From positions 416,001-480,000 of the forward strand of contig CAVVMW010000012.1 of assembly GCA_963749495.1 (NCBI GenBank): a stretch of 64,000 bases of DNA. The letters run 5' to 3'. Both the position numbers and the translations under genes were made by a program. Positions 51,346 to 58,898 of this stretch are shown piece after piece (the first letter of the stretch is position 1; every line of letters starts with the position of its first letter). The stretch is from an uncultured bacterium. Lineage in GTDB: Bacteria; Verrucomicrobiota; Verrucomicrobiia; Limisphaerales; UBA8199. The notes below the pieces were generated by a model. It was not told the DNA's origin. It worked only from the letters and a program-made list of their open reading frames with translations, and made no database searches.

Positions 51346-53055
51346 ATGCAAGCGTCCTCGGACAGCGGACCACCGGACCCGCTTCGCGCCGGGTGCGCCC
51401 CTGCGCCGAGTCTCCGGAGCCCGATAACGGCCTATCATTGGCTGGTGGTCATCCTGGCCACGTGCGGCTGGCTCTTCGACTGCATGGGCCAGCGGATCTT
51501 CGTGATTTCGCGGGAGCCGGCCCTGAGGGAGTTGCTGGGGGCAACGGTCTCCGGCGACACCGTGCGGCATTGGGGAGGACTGGCGACGTCCATGATGATG
51601 GTAGGTTGGGCGACCGGCGGCATCCTCTTCGGGCTGATGAGCGACCGCTGGGGGCGTGTCAAGGTGATGGTGAGCACGTTGCTGGCCTATACCGTGTTTT
51701 CGGGGGTGGCCGGCTTTGCCCGCAACGGAACCGAGTTCCTGGTGTACCGGTTCCTGTTCGGCCTGGGCGTGGGCGGGATGTTCGGCGCGGCGACGACGCT
51801 GGTGGCCGAGAGCGTGCCACAGCGCGCCCGCACGCTGGCCCTGGGACTGATGCAATCGCTCTCGGCCGGCGGCACGATGCTGGGCTCCGCCTTGAGCCTG
51901 GCGATCGTGCCGGGCCAGGAGAATTTCTGGGGCCATTTCAGCGGCTGGCAGGTCTTGTGCTTTGCCGGGGTTTGCCCGGCCGTCCTGGCCTTGCCCATGG
52001 CCCTGGTCCTCAAAGAACCCGAACCGTGGAAACAGGCCAAGGCCCTGGCCGCCAGCCAGGGACGGCCCAAGTCGGTCGGCTCGATGGGCGATCTGTTCCG
52101 GCACCCGCGCTGGCGCAAGGGGATGCTGGTGGGCGTGTGCCTCGGGGTGGCCGGCATGGTGGGCCTGTGGGGCATCGCCTTTTTCTCGCCCGAATTGATC
52201 ACCACGGCCCTGAAGAACCGGCCCTTGCAGGCAAACGAGATCCTCAAACCGGCCGAGATCGGCGCGGCCTTGAGCGCGCCCGCCAACCCGGCCGTTGCGC
52301 TGCTCAAGGCAAGGCTCTCCCCCGCCGCGGCCGGCCTGTTGGCTGCGCTACGCGCCGGGGGGCAAATCCCCCCCGCCACAGTCGAAGCCCTGGTTCGGGA
52401 GTTGAACCGGGTGATCCAGGGGGACCTGCTTTACGACCCGCTGGCCTTCCAGGCCGTCCCCCTCAGGAAGGCCACCCGCAACCTCGTCAAGCTGGTCCAA
52501 AAGAGCCGCGCGCGGCAGGACGAGCTCTTTCTGAACCGGCAGTTGGTCGAACAGTTGTTTCCCGGGGCGATCCTCGAGTTGCAGGTGACCATCGATGGGA
52601 TGCGGAGCAAGGGCACGATGTTGCAGGACCTGGGGGCCATCCTGGGAATGCTCACCTTTACCTTCGTCGCCTCGTATTTCAACCGCCGCAAGGCCTTCCT
52701 GGCGGCCTTTGTCTTTTGCCTCAGCGCGGTGGCCTTCGTCTTCTATGCGCTCAAGACGGCGGCCGATATCTACTGGATGCTGCCGCTCATGGGCTTCGGC
52801 ACGCTCTCGGTCTTTGCCGGCTATTCGATCTACTTCCCCGAACTGTTCCCGACCCGGCTGCGGGGCACGGGGGTGGGGCTGTGCTACAACACGGTGCGCT
52901 ACCTGACAGCGCCCTTTCCGTTCCTGCTGGGCTGGCTGAGCACCCTCTTCCCCTTCCGCACCGTCGCCGTGGCCATGTGCTCGATTTACCTCCTGGGCAT
53001 CGTGGCGCTCGCCTGGGCGCCCGAAACCAAGGGCCAGCCGCTGCCTGAAGACTGA
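51346..53055 (+). CDS. MFS transporter with inserted soluble domain
   Basis: GWLFDCM, SDRWGRVK, LVAESVP, YFPELFPTRLRGTG, PETKGQPLPE. Confidence 0.92.
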   Translation: MQASSDSGPPDPLRAGCAPAPSLRSPITAYHWLVVILATCGWLFDCMGQRIFVISREPALRELLGATVSGDTVRHWGGLATSMMMVGWATGGILFGLMSDRWGRVKVMVSTLLAYTVFSGVAGFARNGTEFLVYRFLFGLGVGGMFGAATTLVAESVPQRARTLALGLMQSLSAGGTMLGSALSLAIVPGQENFWGHFSGWQVLCFAGVCPAVLALPMALVLKEPEPWKQAKALAASQGRPKSVGSMGDLFRHPRWRKGMLVGVCLGVAGMVGLWGIAFFSPELITTALKNRPLQANEILKPAEIGAALSAPANPAVALLKARLSPAAAGLLAALRAGGQIPPATVEALVRELNRVIQGDLLYDPLAFQAVPLRKATRNLVKLVQKSRARQDELFLNRQLVEQLFPGAILELQVTIDGMRSKGTMLQDLGAILGMLTFTFVASYFNRRKAFLAAFVFCLSAVAFVFYALKTAADIYWMLPLMGFGTLSVFAGYSIYFPELFPTRLRGTGVGLCYNTVRYLTAPFPFLLGWLSTLFPFRTVAVAMCSIYLLGIVALAWAPETKGQPLPED

Positions 53056-53090
53056 GGGGCGAGGGGCGAGGGACGAGGGGCGAGGGACGA
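53056..53090. repeat. Heptamer tandem repeat (GGGRCGA)5
   Basis: Five copies directly abutting the MFS stop codon. Confidence 0.9.
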
Positions 53091-53259
53091 GAGGCAAAGC
53101 AGCAAAACTGAGTTGGCGGAAGCGGCGGCGGGCTTAACCTGGACGACAGAGCTTTGCGGTCAGCGCGGGCGAGCAGACGGCGATCCCGGGGATTGGTTCG
53201 TCGGGTTGCTCATCCTGTGTTGCTTCAGCTTCGGGACCGGCCTGCCAGGATGACTCCTC

Positions 53260-53365
53260 CGTTTCAGGCTGTCGGTGATAATCCCGCGTCTTTTCGTCTC
53301 CGCCAGGAAGCTCTCGAAGCAATGCCAGTAGTTCTCGTCCCAGCGATCCAGGTCAAAACGCCCGC
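53260..53365 (-). pseudogene. Short remnant of a glycoside-hydrolase-like gene
   Basis: Minus-strand GRFDLDRWDENYWHCFESFLAETKRRGII. Confidence 0.35.
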
Positions 53366-53388
53366 CTGCACTCCGAATTCATTTCCAA

Positions 53389-54303
53389 TCAGGCGAGGAG
53401 GCGTCTGGCGTTGTCCTGACAAATGGCCCGGCGCTGCTCCGGAGTCAGGAGCGATTCCTTGAGCTTCAATGCTGCGGCTTCGAAGTAGAACAGCGGCGCA
53501 TGGGAGCCGAACAGGACGCGCTCAGCGGGCACTTGCTCGATGAGCTCGCCGACGCCGCCAACACCTTCAAGCATCGAAATCTCAACGCAAATATTCCCTG
53601 CCCTGACGAGCCTTCGCAGGGATTCGCCGTGCAGGGTGCGAAGCGCGTTGATCAACACCAATCGCAGTCCGGGCATTTGCCGAGCCAGCTCAGCCAGAGG
53701 CGCAGGGTCCACCGCTTCCACTCGCAGCAACGGGTGCATCATCCGCTCGTCTTCCATCACCAGAGCCACTTGCACGATGAGCCGGCGCTCGGCCGCCATC
53801 ATCAAAAGTCGGGCGAAGGCGGGGTCATCGAGCCGATAGCCATGATAATTGGGGTGTAGCCGAATGCCCGGCATGTGGTGGACCTCGACGCAACGCCGGA
53901 AGTCCTTCTCCCAGCCGGGCCGCTTGGGATTGATCGCCCCGAACGGGAGCAGCAGCCCGCCTCCGTGCCGCCGGCAGTCCTCTGCCAGGCGGGCGTTGAC
54001 AGCGCCAAGGTCCTTGTGCAGCAGCCCGTCGAAACTGCCTGCCCAGGCCTGGGTAACCCCGCGCGAGCGAAGCTTGGCAGACAACTGCCCCGGCTCGTCG
54101 CACGGCAGCCGCCGCAGCGGCCAGAGACCCAGGTTGACGTTCACGTCAACCAGTTCATGGTTTTCCCTCCCGCCCGCGAGGGCTGCCGGGCCTTCGAGTG
54201 CGATCATCGCCGAGCCGCTCGTGGCGGCGACGAGTCTCAAGAACTCCCGACGTGTCGTAGCCTGTCGGGTTTGGACCGGCCTGCTGGATGCCGCGGAGTT
54301 CAC
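53389..54303 (-). CDS. Amidohydrolase family protein with Tat-like leader
   Basis: [27 protein letters not shown]; HxH motif replaced by NVN. Confidence 0.8.
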   Translation of the reverse strand: MNSAASSRPVQTRQATTRREFLRLVAATSGSAMIALEGPAALAGGRENHELVDVNVNLGLWPLRRLPCDEPGQLSAKLRSRGVTQAWAGSFDGLLHKDLGAVNARLAEDCRRHGGGLLLPFGAINPKRPGWEKDFRRCVEVHHMPGIRLHPNYHGYRLDDPAFARLLMMAAERRLIVQVALVMEDERMMHPLLRVEAVDPAPLAELARQMPGLRLVLINALRTLHGESLRRLVRAGNICVEISMLEGVGGVGELIEQVPAERVLFGSHAPLFYFEAAALKLKESLLTPEQRRAICQDNARRLLA

Positions 54304-55085
54304 ACCGTCACTCCTTTCGCCTTCAGAATCGGGCGCAGGAGCCGCTTCAGGTTTCCCGCCAGGATCAGCCGCCGGGCGCGCTCCGGGAGGTCCGCGCCCA
54401 AAACCTTGGCGAGCTGTGAGGCGAAGCTGCGTCCCCCGGCGTCACTGCCGTAGAGCACACGCTCGGCGCCCAGTTCGCGCACCGCCATCTCGGTGAAGCC
54501 CGCGGTGGGATCGCCCCCCGCCAGGTCCGCACACACGTTGGGCAACGGACGTATCGCGGGGATGCCCACCTCCCAATCGCCGCCGGTGTGGCCACAGACC
54601 AGCGTTGCTTGGGGATGGCGCGCGGCCAGCTCGGCGAGGTCCATTGGCGTCGACTCGCCGGGCAAGTTGCCGGTGATCTTGAGCCACGTGTGCTGGAGCA
54701 CCGGCGCCTTGAGTTCGGCTGCCCGCGCAATGAGCGGGTCCAGTTCCGGGGCGTTGCAGCGCTGCGCGACCCAGAGCTTGACCCCGACCATCGGCCCGTC
54801 GCGCACACATCGATTCAACTCGTCGAGGCTGGCCTGCGTGTGCCTCGGATTGAGATAGACCAGGCCAAACGCGCGGTCAGGATGCGCGCGAACGGCGCGG
54901 AGCACCTCGTCGTTCGCCTGCCGCATCTGCTCCGGCGAAGGATCGTAGCTGAACTCCAGGCCCATGCACAAGCAGAGCCGCGCGATGCCCAGGCGGTCGG
55001 CGTACTCGAGCAACTTGCCCAGTCGCGCCTCGGGAGTGTTCCCCGGCACGCCGCTCAAGTGGCAATGAAAGTCCCAGATCTCCAT
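54300..55085 (-). CDS. Amidohydrolase_2 family protein
   Basis: DFHCH, GVKLW, GHTGG, RVLYGSD. Confidence 0.88.
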   Translation of the reverse strand: MEIWDFHCHLSGVPGNTPEARLGKLLEYADRLGIARLCLCMGLEFSYDPSPEQMRQANDEVLRAVRAHPDRAFGLVYLNPRHTQASLDELNRCVRDGPMVGVKLWVAQRCNAPELDPLIARAAELKAPVLQHTWLKITGNLPGESTPMDLAELAARHPQATLVCGHTGGDWEVGIPAIRPLPNVCADLAGGDPTAGFTEMAVRELGAERVLYGSDAGGRSFASQLAKVLGADLPERARRLILAGNLKRLLRPILKAKGVTV

Positions 55086-56110
55086 CAACGTTGGGCTGCG
55101 CCAGGTTCGGCGCTGGTTGCGGACCCGGACAAAAACGCGTCGAACACCTTGAGGTTGCTCAGCCTGCAGTCAGCGGCATTCCAATCCGCGGTCACTCGGC
55201 CGGCCGTTTGGAGCCCGAGATACCTCGCCGGCTGGGTGGAGGCCATCGGCAGGATTTCTTCCAGCGGCAAGCCGGTGAATTTCACGGCGTTCGCCACACA
55301 GCGGTCCAAAGTTGCCGAGGATCCCGCCAGCCACGGTGCGCCCGGCTGGGAAACCCGTCCGTCTTCACTCAACACCACAGGCTCTCCATTTAATTCATAG
55401 GTGCCGGGGACACACCCGGCGACTGTCACCGCATCGCTTACCAATAAAGTGCGTTGAGGCGTTTTTGCGCGAATCATTGCCTTGACAGTCGCCGGCGGCA
55501 GGTGGTGCCCATCCACAATGAATGAGGCCGCCAAATCATCCGCCGCCAGTTGTTCCCAGATCACATTGGGGTGTCTGGGCAACTGATTGGCACAACCATT
55601 GCCCAAGTGGGTGGAAAGCGTTGCCCCCGCCTTGACCGCATCGCGAATCTGCTCCGGCGAAGCTGCCGTGTGTCCGATGGCCGCGCGAATACCCAAGCCC
55701 ACCAGGTGCTCGATCAACTCGATGGCTCCGCGCGCCTCAGGCGCCAGGGTCACCAGTCTGATCCACCCGGCGGCTGCTTCCTGGCGTCGCAGAAAGTCAT
55801 CCCTCGATGCGGCCACGACGTATTCGCGCGGATGCGCCCCGCGCGCGCCATCTTCAGGAGAGATATACGGCCCCTCCATATGAAGGCCAACCATCGCGGC
55901 GTGCGGCGTCTGGATGAGTGTCTTGGCACACTTGGCAAAGCGTTCGAAAGAGGACGTGCCGAGCGTCGGCAGAAAACGCGTCACACCCCTCCCGCGCAAT
56001 TGCTCAATCGCTCGATGCATCGCTTCTGGCGTGGTCGTAGGGTTGTTGAAATCCACGCCGCCGAAGCCGTTGACCTGAAGATCGAAAAATCCCGGAAATT
56101 CAATTTGCAT
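55085..56110 (-). CDS. nagA: N-acetylglucosamine-6-phosphate deacetylase-like
   Basis: PGFFDLQVNG, GLHMEGPYIS, GAH, TLAPE, THLGNG, DGHH, LAGS. Confidence 0.8.
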   Translation of the reverse strand: MQIEFPGFFDLQVNGFGGVDFNNPTTTPEAMHRAIEQLRGRGVTRFLPTLGTSSFERFAKCAKTLIQTPHAAMVGLHMEGPYISPEDGARGAHPREYVVAASRDDFLRRQEAAAGWIRLVTLAPEARGAIELIEHLVGLGIRAAIGHTAASPEQIRDAVKAGATLSTHLGNGCANQLPRHPNVIWEQLAADDLAASFIVDGHHLPPATVKAMIRAKTPQRTLLVSDAVTVAGCVPGTYELNGEPVVLSEDGRVSQPGAPWLAGSSATLDRCVANAVKFTGLPLEEILPMASTQPARYLGLQTAGRVTADWNAADCRLSNLKVFDAFLSGSATSAEPGAAQR

Positions 56111-56384
56111 AAGTTGGGTCCGATGGCCTTAATCCCTGCAGTCCAAGATCATGACTGACGGATTGTTCGAATATCCTCCGCTTCAAGCTGCAAGGTCAAT
56201 GCGCCAGCCGCGGCTCAAACTGAATTCCGAACACCCCCGCCAAAATGATCCCGAGCAGTCGCTTCGTCATGGACCCTAATCCTACCGTCTCCAGTTCAAT
56301 AGTCGAGATCACAATTGGGATTGCCAAGCACAGTGGGCCTCTGCCTCATCGGCATTCCCGGCCGGGACCGGGCGGCGCGAGGCC

Positions 56385-57497
56385 TCAATGTCCGGGGGGT
56401 GCGCAGGGAGGGACCCCGCACTGGCTGGCCAAGGCGGCCCGCCTCGCCCGCCATTGCGCGTTGTAGTTTGGCCTCCACTCGTGGAAACGGCCCAGTTTGT
56501 GCAGCACCTCCGGGTTGGCGATGGCAATTGGCAAACCACCGGTGCAGGCCCGCACCGCTTCCTCGGCCACGCTCTTTTTCAACTCCTTTAGCGAATCCTC
56601 GGAATACCACGCGGCGTGGTCGCTCACAATCACCCGGGGATGCTCTCGCAAGGGCGAACCGGGCGCCAACGGCTCTGTTTCGAAGACATCCAGGCCAGCC
56701 GCAGCCACGTGGCCGCTCGCCAGGGACTCCGCTAGCGCCGCCTCATCAACCAACGGTCCACGGGCAGTATTGATGAGCATTACCCCGGGCTTCATCCAGG
56801 CCAGTTCTCGTCGCCCGATCAAATGACGGGTCTCCGGCAGCAGCGGCGCATGGAGCGAGACATAATCTGATTCGTGGCAGAGCGTCGGCAGGTCCACCAG
56901 TTCCACTCCCAGTTCGGCGGCCTGTTCTGGTGGGACATACGGATCGAGGGCCAACAGGCGCATGTTCCAGCCACCGAGCTTGCGGGCCACCGCCCGTCCG
57001 ATATTGCCCAGGCCGACCAGTCCGATGGTGCTCCCGGCCAGGCGCCGTTGGCGCACCGGCGGAGTGACGTTCCAGCCGCCGGCGGCGACTCTTTGGTGCG
57101 TGGCCACAACGTCGCGCACGCAGGCCAACAGCAGCGCCAAGGCATGGGTTGCCACTTCGTCCACGCAGTAGTCGGTGCAATGCCCGATGAGGATGCCGGC
57201 GGCCGTTGCCGCTTCGTAGTCCACGTTATCGTAACCGATCCCATAGCGGACGATAATCCGACAGCGCCCGAACCGGCGGATGCGCTCCGGCGTGAGCTGA
57301 GTCCACCGGACCAGGATGGCGTCCGCGTCCTCAGCCTCTTGCAATGCAGCGGCTTCGCTCGGCAATTGGTCGCCATCAACAACGCAACCGCCGGCTTGGC
57401 GGATAATCTGTTGCTCGATGTCCGTCGAAGGAAAACCGTGTGGCAAGATAACGACTTTGAAGTTTCCGCGAGACAACGGCGCAGTTTTCGAAGTCAT
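56385..57497 (-). CDS. D-isomer-specific 2-hydroxyacid dehydrogenase (CtBP-like)
   Basis: RYGIGYDNVD, GLGNIG, INTARG, LDVFETEP, HAAWYS. Confidence 0.9.
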   Translation of the reverse strand: MTSKTAPLSRGNFKVVILPHGFPSTDIEQQIIRQAGGCVVDGDQLPSEAAALQEAEDADAILVRWTQLTPERIRRFGRCRIIVRYGIGYDNVDYEAATAAGILIGHCTDYCVDEVATHALALLLACVRDVVATHQRVAAGGWNVTPPVRQRRLAGSTIGLVGLGNIGRAVARKLGGWNMRLLALDPYVPPEQAAELGVELVDLPTLCHESDYVSLHAPLLPETRHLIGRRELAWMKPGVMLINTARGPLVDEAALAESLASGHVAAAGLDVFETEPLAPGSPLREHPRVIVSDHAAWYSEDSLKELKKSVAEEAVRACTGGLPIAIANPEVLHKLGRFHEWRPNYNAQWRARRAALASQCGVPPCAPPGH

Positions 57498-57507
57498 GGC
57501 GTTTTCG

Positions 57508-57576
57508 GTTGATTTGTCCCCAATTTCACCTGTCCGGCCTCTCAGCGTCAACGATCATGATTCGGAGCTTTTCGTC
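57508..57576. repeat. Direct repeat (promoter region of the dehydrogenase), second copy 58767-58836
   Basis: 53-bp core 57524-57576 versus 58784-58836 is 52/53 identical; contains minus-strand TTGACG-17-TGAAAT. Confidence 0.9.
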
Positions 57577-57713
57577 ACTTTGCCTTGCCGGACCGCGTCT
57601 CCCTCATCCAGACCTTCCGCCAGCACCCGGCCTAACCCCTCATGGCTTATCCAGGCCCCAACGCCACCGGGTTTGAGCCTTGCAATTGTCCTCGATGGGG
57701 GGATAGTCCCACC

Positions 57714-57980
57714 ATGACATTGACCGCTGATAATAAGGGCAGGATCGCTTGCCGGAAATTGTTTCCGCCGCACGCCAGTTTCGAGGCCAGCCGGGAGCCG
57801 GACGGCAAGGTGACGCTCGTCCGGCTCAGGCGGCAAGAGCGCGAGCCCCGGATCGTAAAGCCGGTCCTGCGGAAGGGGCTCTTGGTCTTGCCCATCGAGG
57901 GCGGCAACCTCGACACCGAAGCGTTGGACAGAGAAATCCGGGAGGAACGCGAGAAGGAGAATGCGCGTCTATTGGGATAG
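57714..57980 (+). CDS. AbrB/MazE-like antitoxin, followed by an 11-aa PIN stub (MRVYWDSSALL at 57961)
   Basis: MTLTADNKGRI; overlapping VapC-type start. Confidence 0.7.
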   Translation: MTLTADNKGRIACRKLFPPHASFEASREPDGKVTLVRLRRQEREPRIVKPVLRKGLLVLPIEGGNLDTEALDREIREEREKENARLLG

Positions 57981-58035
57981 TTCCGCGCTGCTATTTGGCG
58001 ACTCCATTTGCGAACCGCTGATAGGCACCAGATTT

Positions 58036-58767
58036 ATGAGCACAAAACATGTTAAACCCATTTGGCTGATCACATGTGTATGTCTAGGGGTTGCTGTTCT
58101 TGTCTTGGCTCTGGGCTCAGGTTCAAAGCAGCCCACCTACAAAAGGCAACCTCTCGCTTACTGGTTCAACAGATTGCCGTTGACGATGAGCGGTGCCAAT
58201 ACATTGTCTTGCGTGCAGTTCCTGGAGGTGAGCGGCAGGAAGTACGGCAGTCGAGAAATAGAGCCAAGGGTCTCCATAGCAGCAATTCAAAGCATAGGCA
58301 CTAATGGATTGCCGTTCCTAATTCACAAAATCACGCGATGCGATCTGCCGATGATAAAATGGATCGAAGCGTGCGCCTCAAAATGCGGCATTAAGCGTTC
58401 GCTGTTCCCCGATCCGGAGCTGGAAAGGGGGCAAGCCGTGACGGCCCTTCTTGCTTTAAGCCCCTTACCCGAGAGCGCGATACTTCGACTCCGCAAGCCG
58501 CCCACCAACCCCACGAGCAGCATTGGTCTCTCGGTCGGCCTCGTGCTGGCGGCCAATACGAATATCCACCTCAAAGCCATCATTATCCCTCGCTCGTGGT
58601 GGGAAGGCAACGATCCTCTGTGGAACGCAGCTAATGCTCCCGCCTCCAACCGCCCGAAGAGCATTGAAGCATGGAGGCGCTCGGCAAGCCCGACGGTTGG
58701 AGCGCGGCCTCGGGAAGCCCGCAAGGTTTTGGACTGCGCCAGTCCTCTGGCGCTTTCGCCTCGTTAG
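58036..58767 (+). CDS. Hypothetical membrane-anchored protein, possibly degenerate; 3' end runs into a REP
   Basis: N-terminal TM, QPTYKRQPLAYW, AAIQSIGTNGLPFL; AT-richer. Confidence 0.55.
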   Translation: MSTKHVKPIWLITCVCLGVAVLVLALGSGSKQPTYKRQPLAYWFNRLPLTMSGANTLSCVQFLEVSGRKYGSREIEPRVSIAAIQSIGTNGLPFLIHKITRCDLPMIKWIEACASKCGIKRSLFPDPELERGQAVTALLALSPLPESAILRLRKPPTNPTSSIGLSVGLVLAANTNIHLKAIIIPRSWWEGNDPLWNAANAPASNRPKSIEAWRRSASPTVGARPREARKVLDCASPLALSPR

Positions 58768-58898
58768 TTGATTTTTCCCGAACTTTCACCGGTCCGGCCT
58801 CTCAGCGTCAACGATCATGATTCGGAGCTTTTCGTCTAAAGGGCCGTCCCCGTGAATTCTGTTGTTTCCTGATTTTGCTCAAGGAGTATTCTGGCCAC

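Noticed and set aside
56200..56270. Small secreted protein MTKRLLGIILAGVFG on the minus strand
   Set aside because: Looks like a signal-peptide stub only; no supportable product
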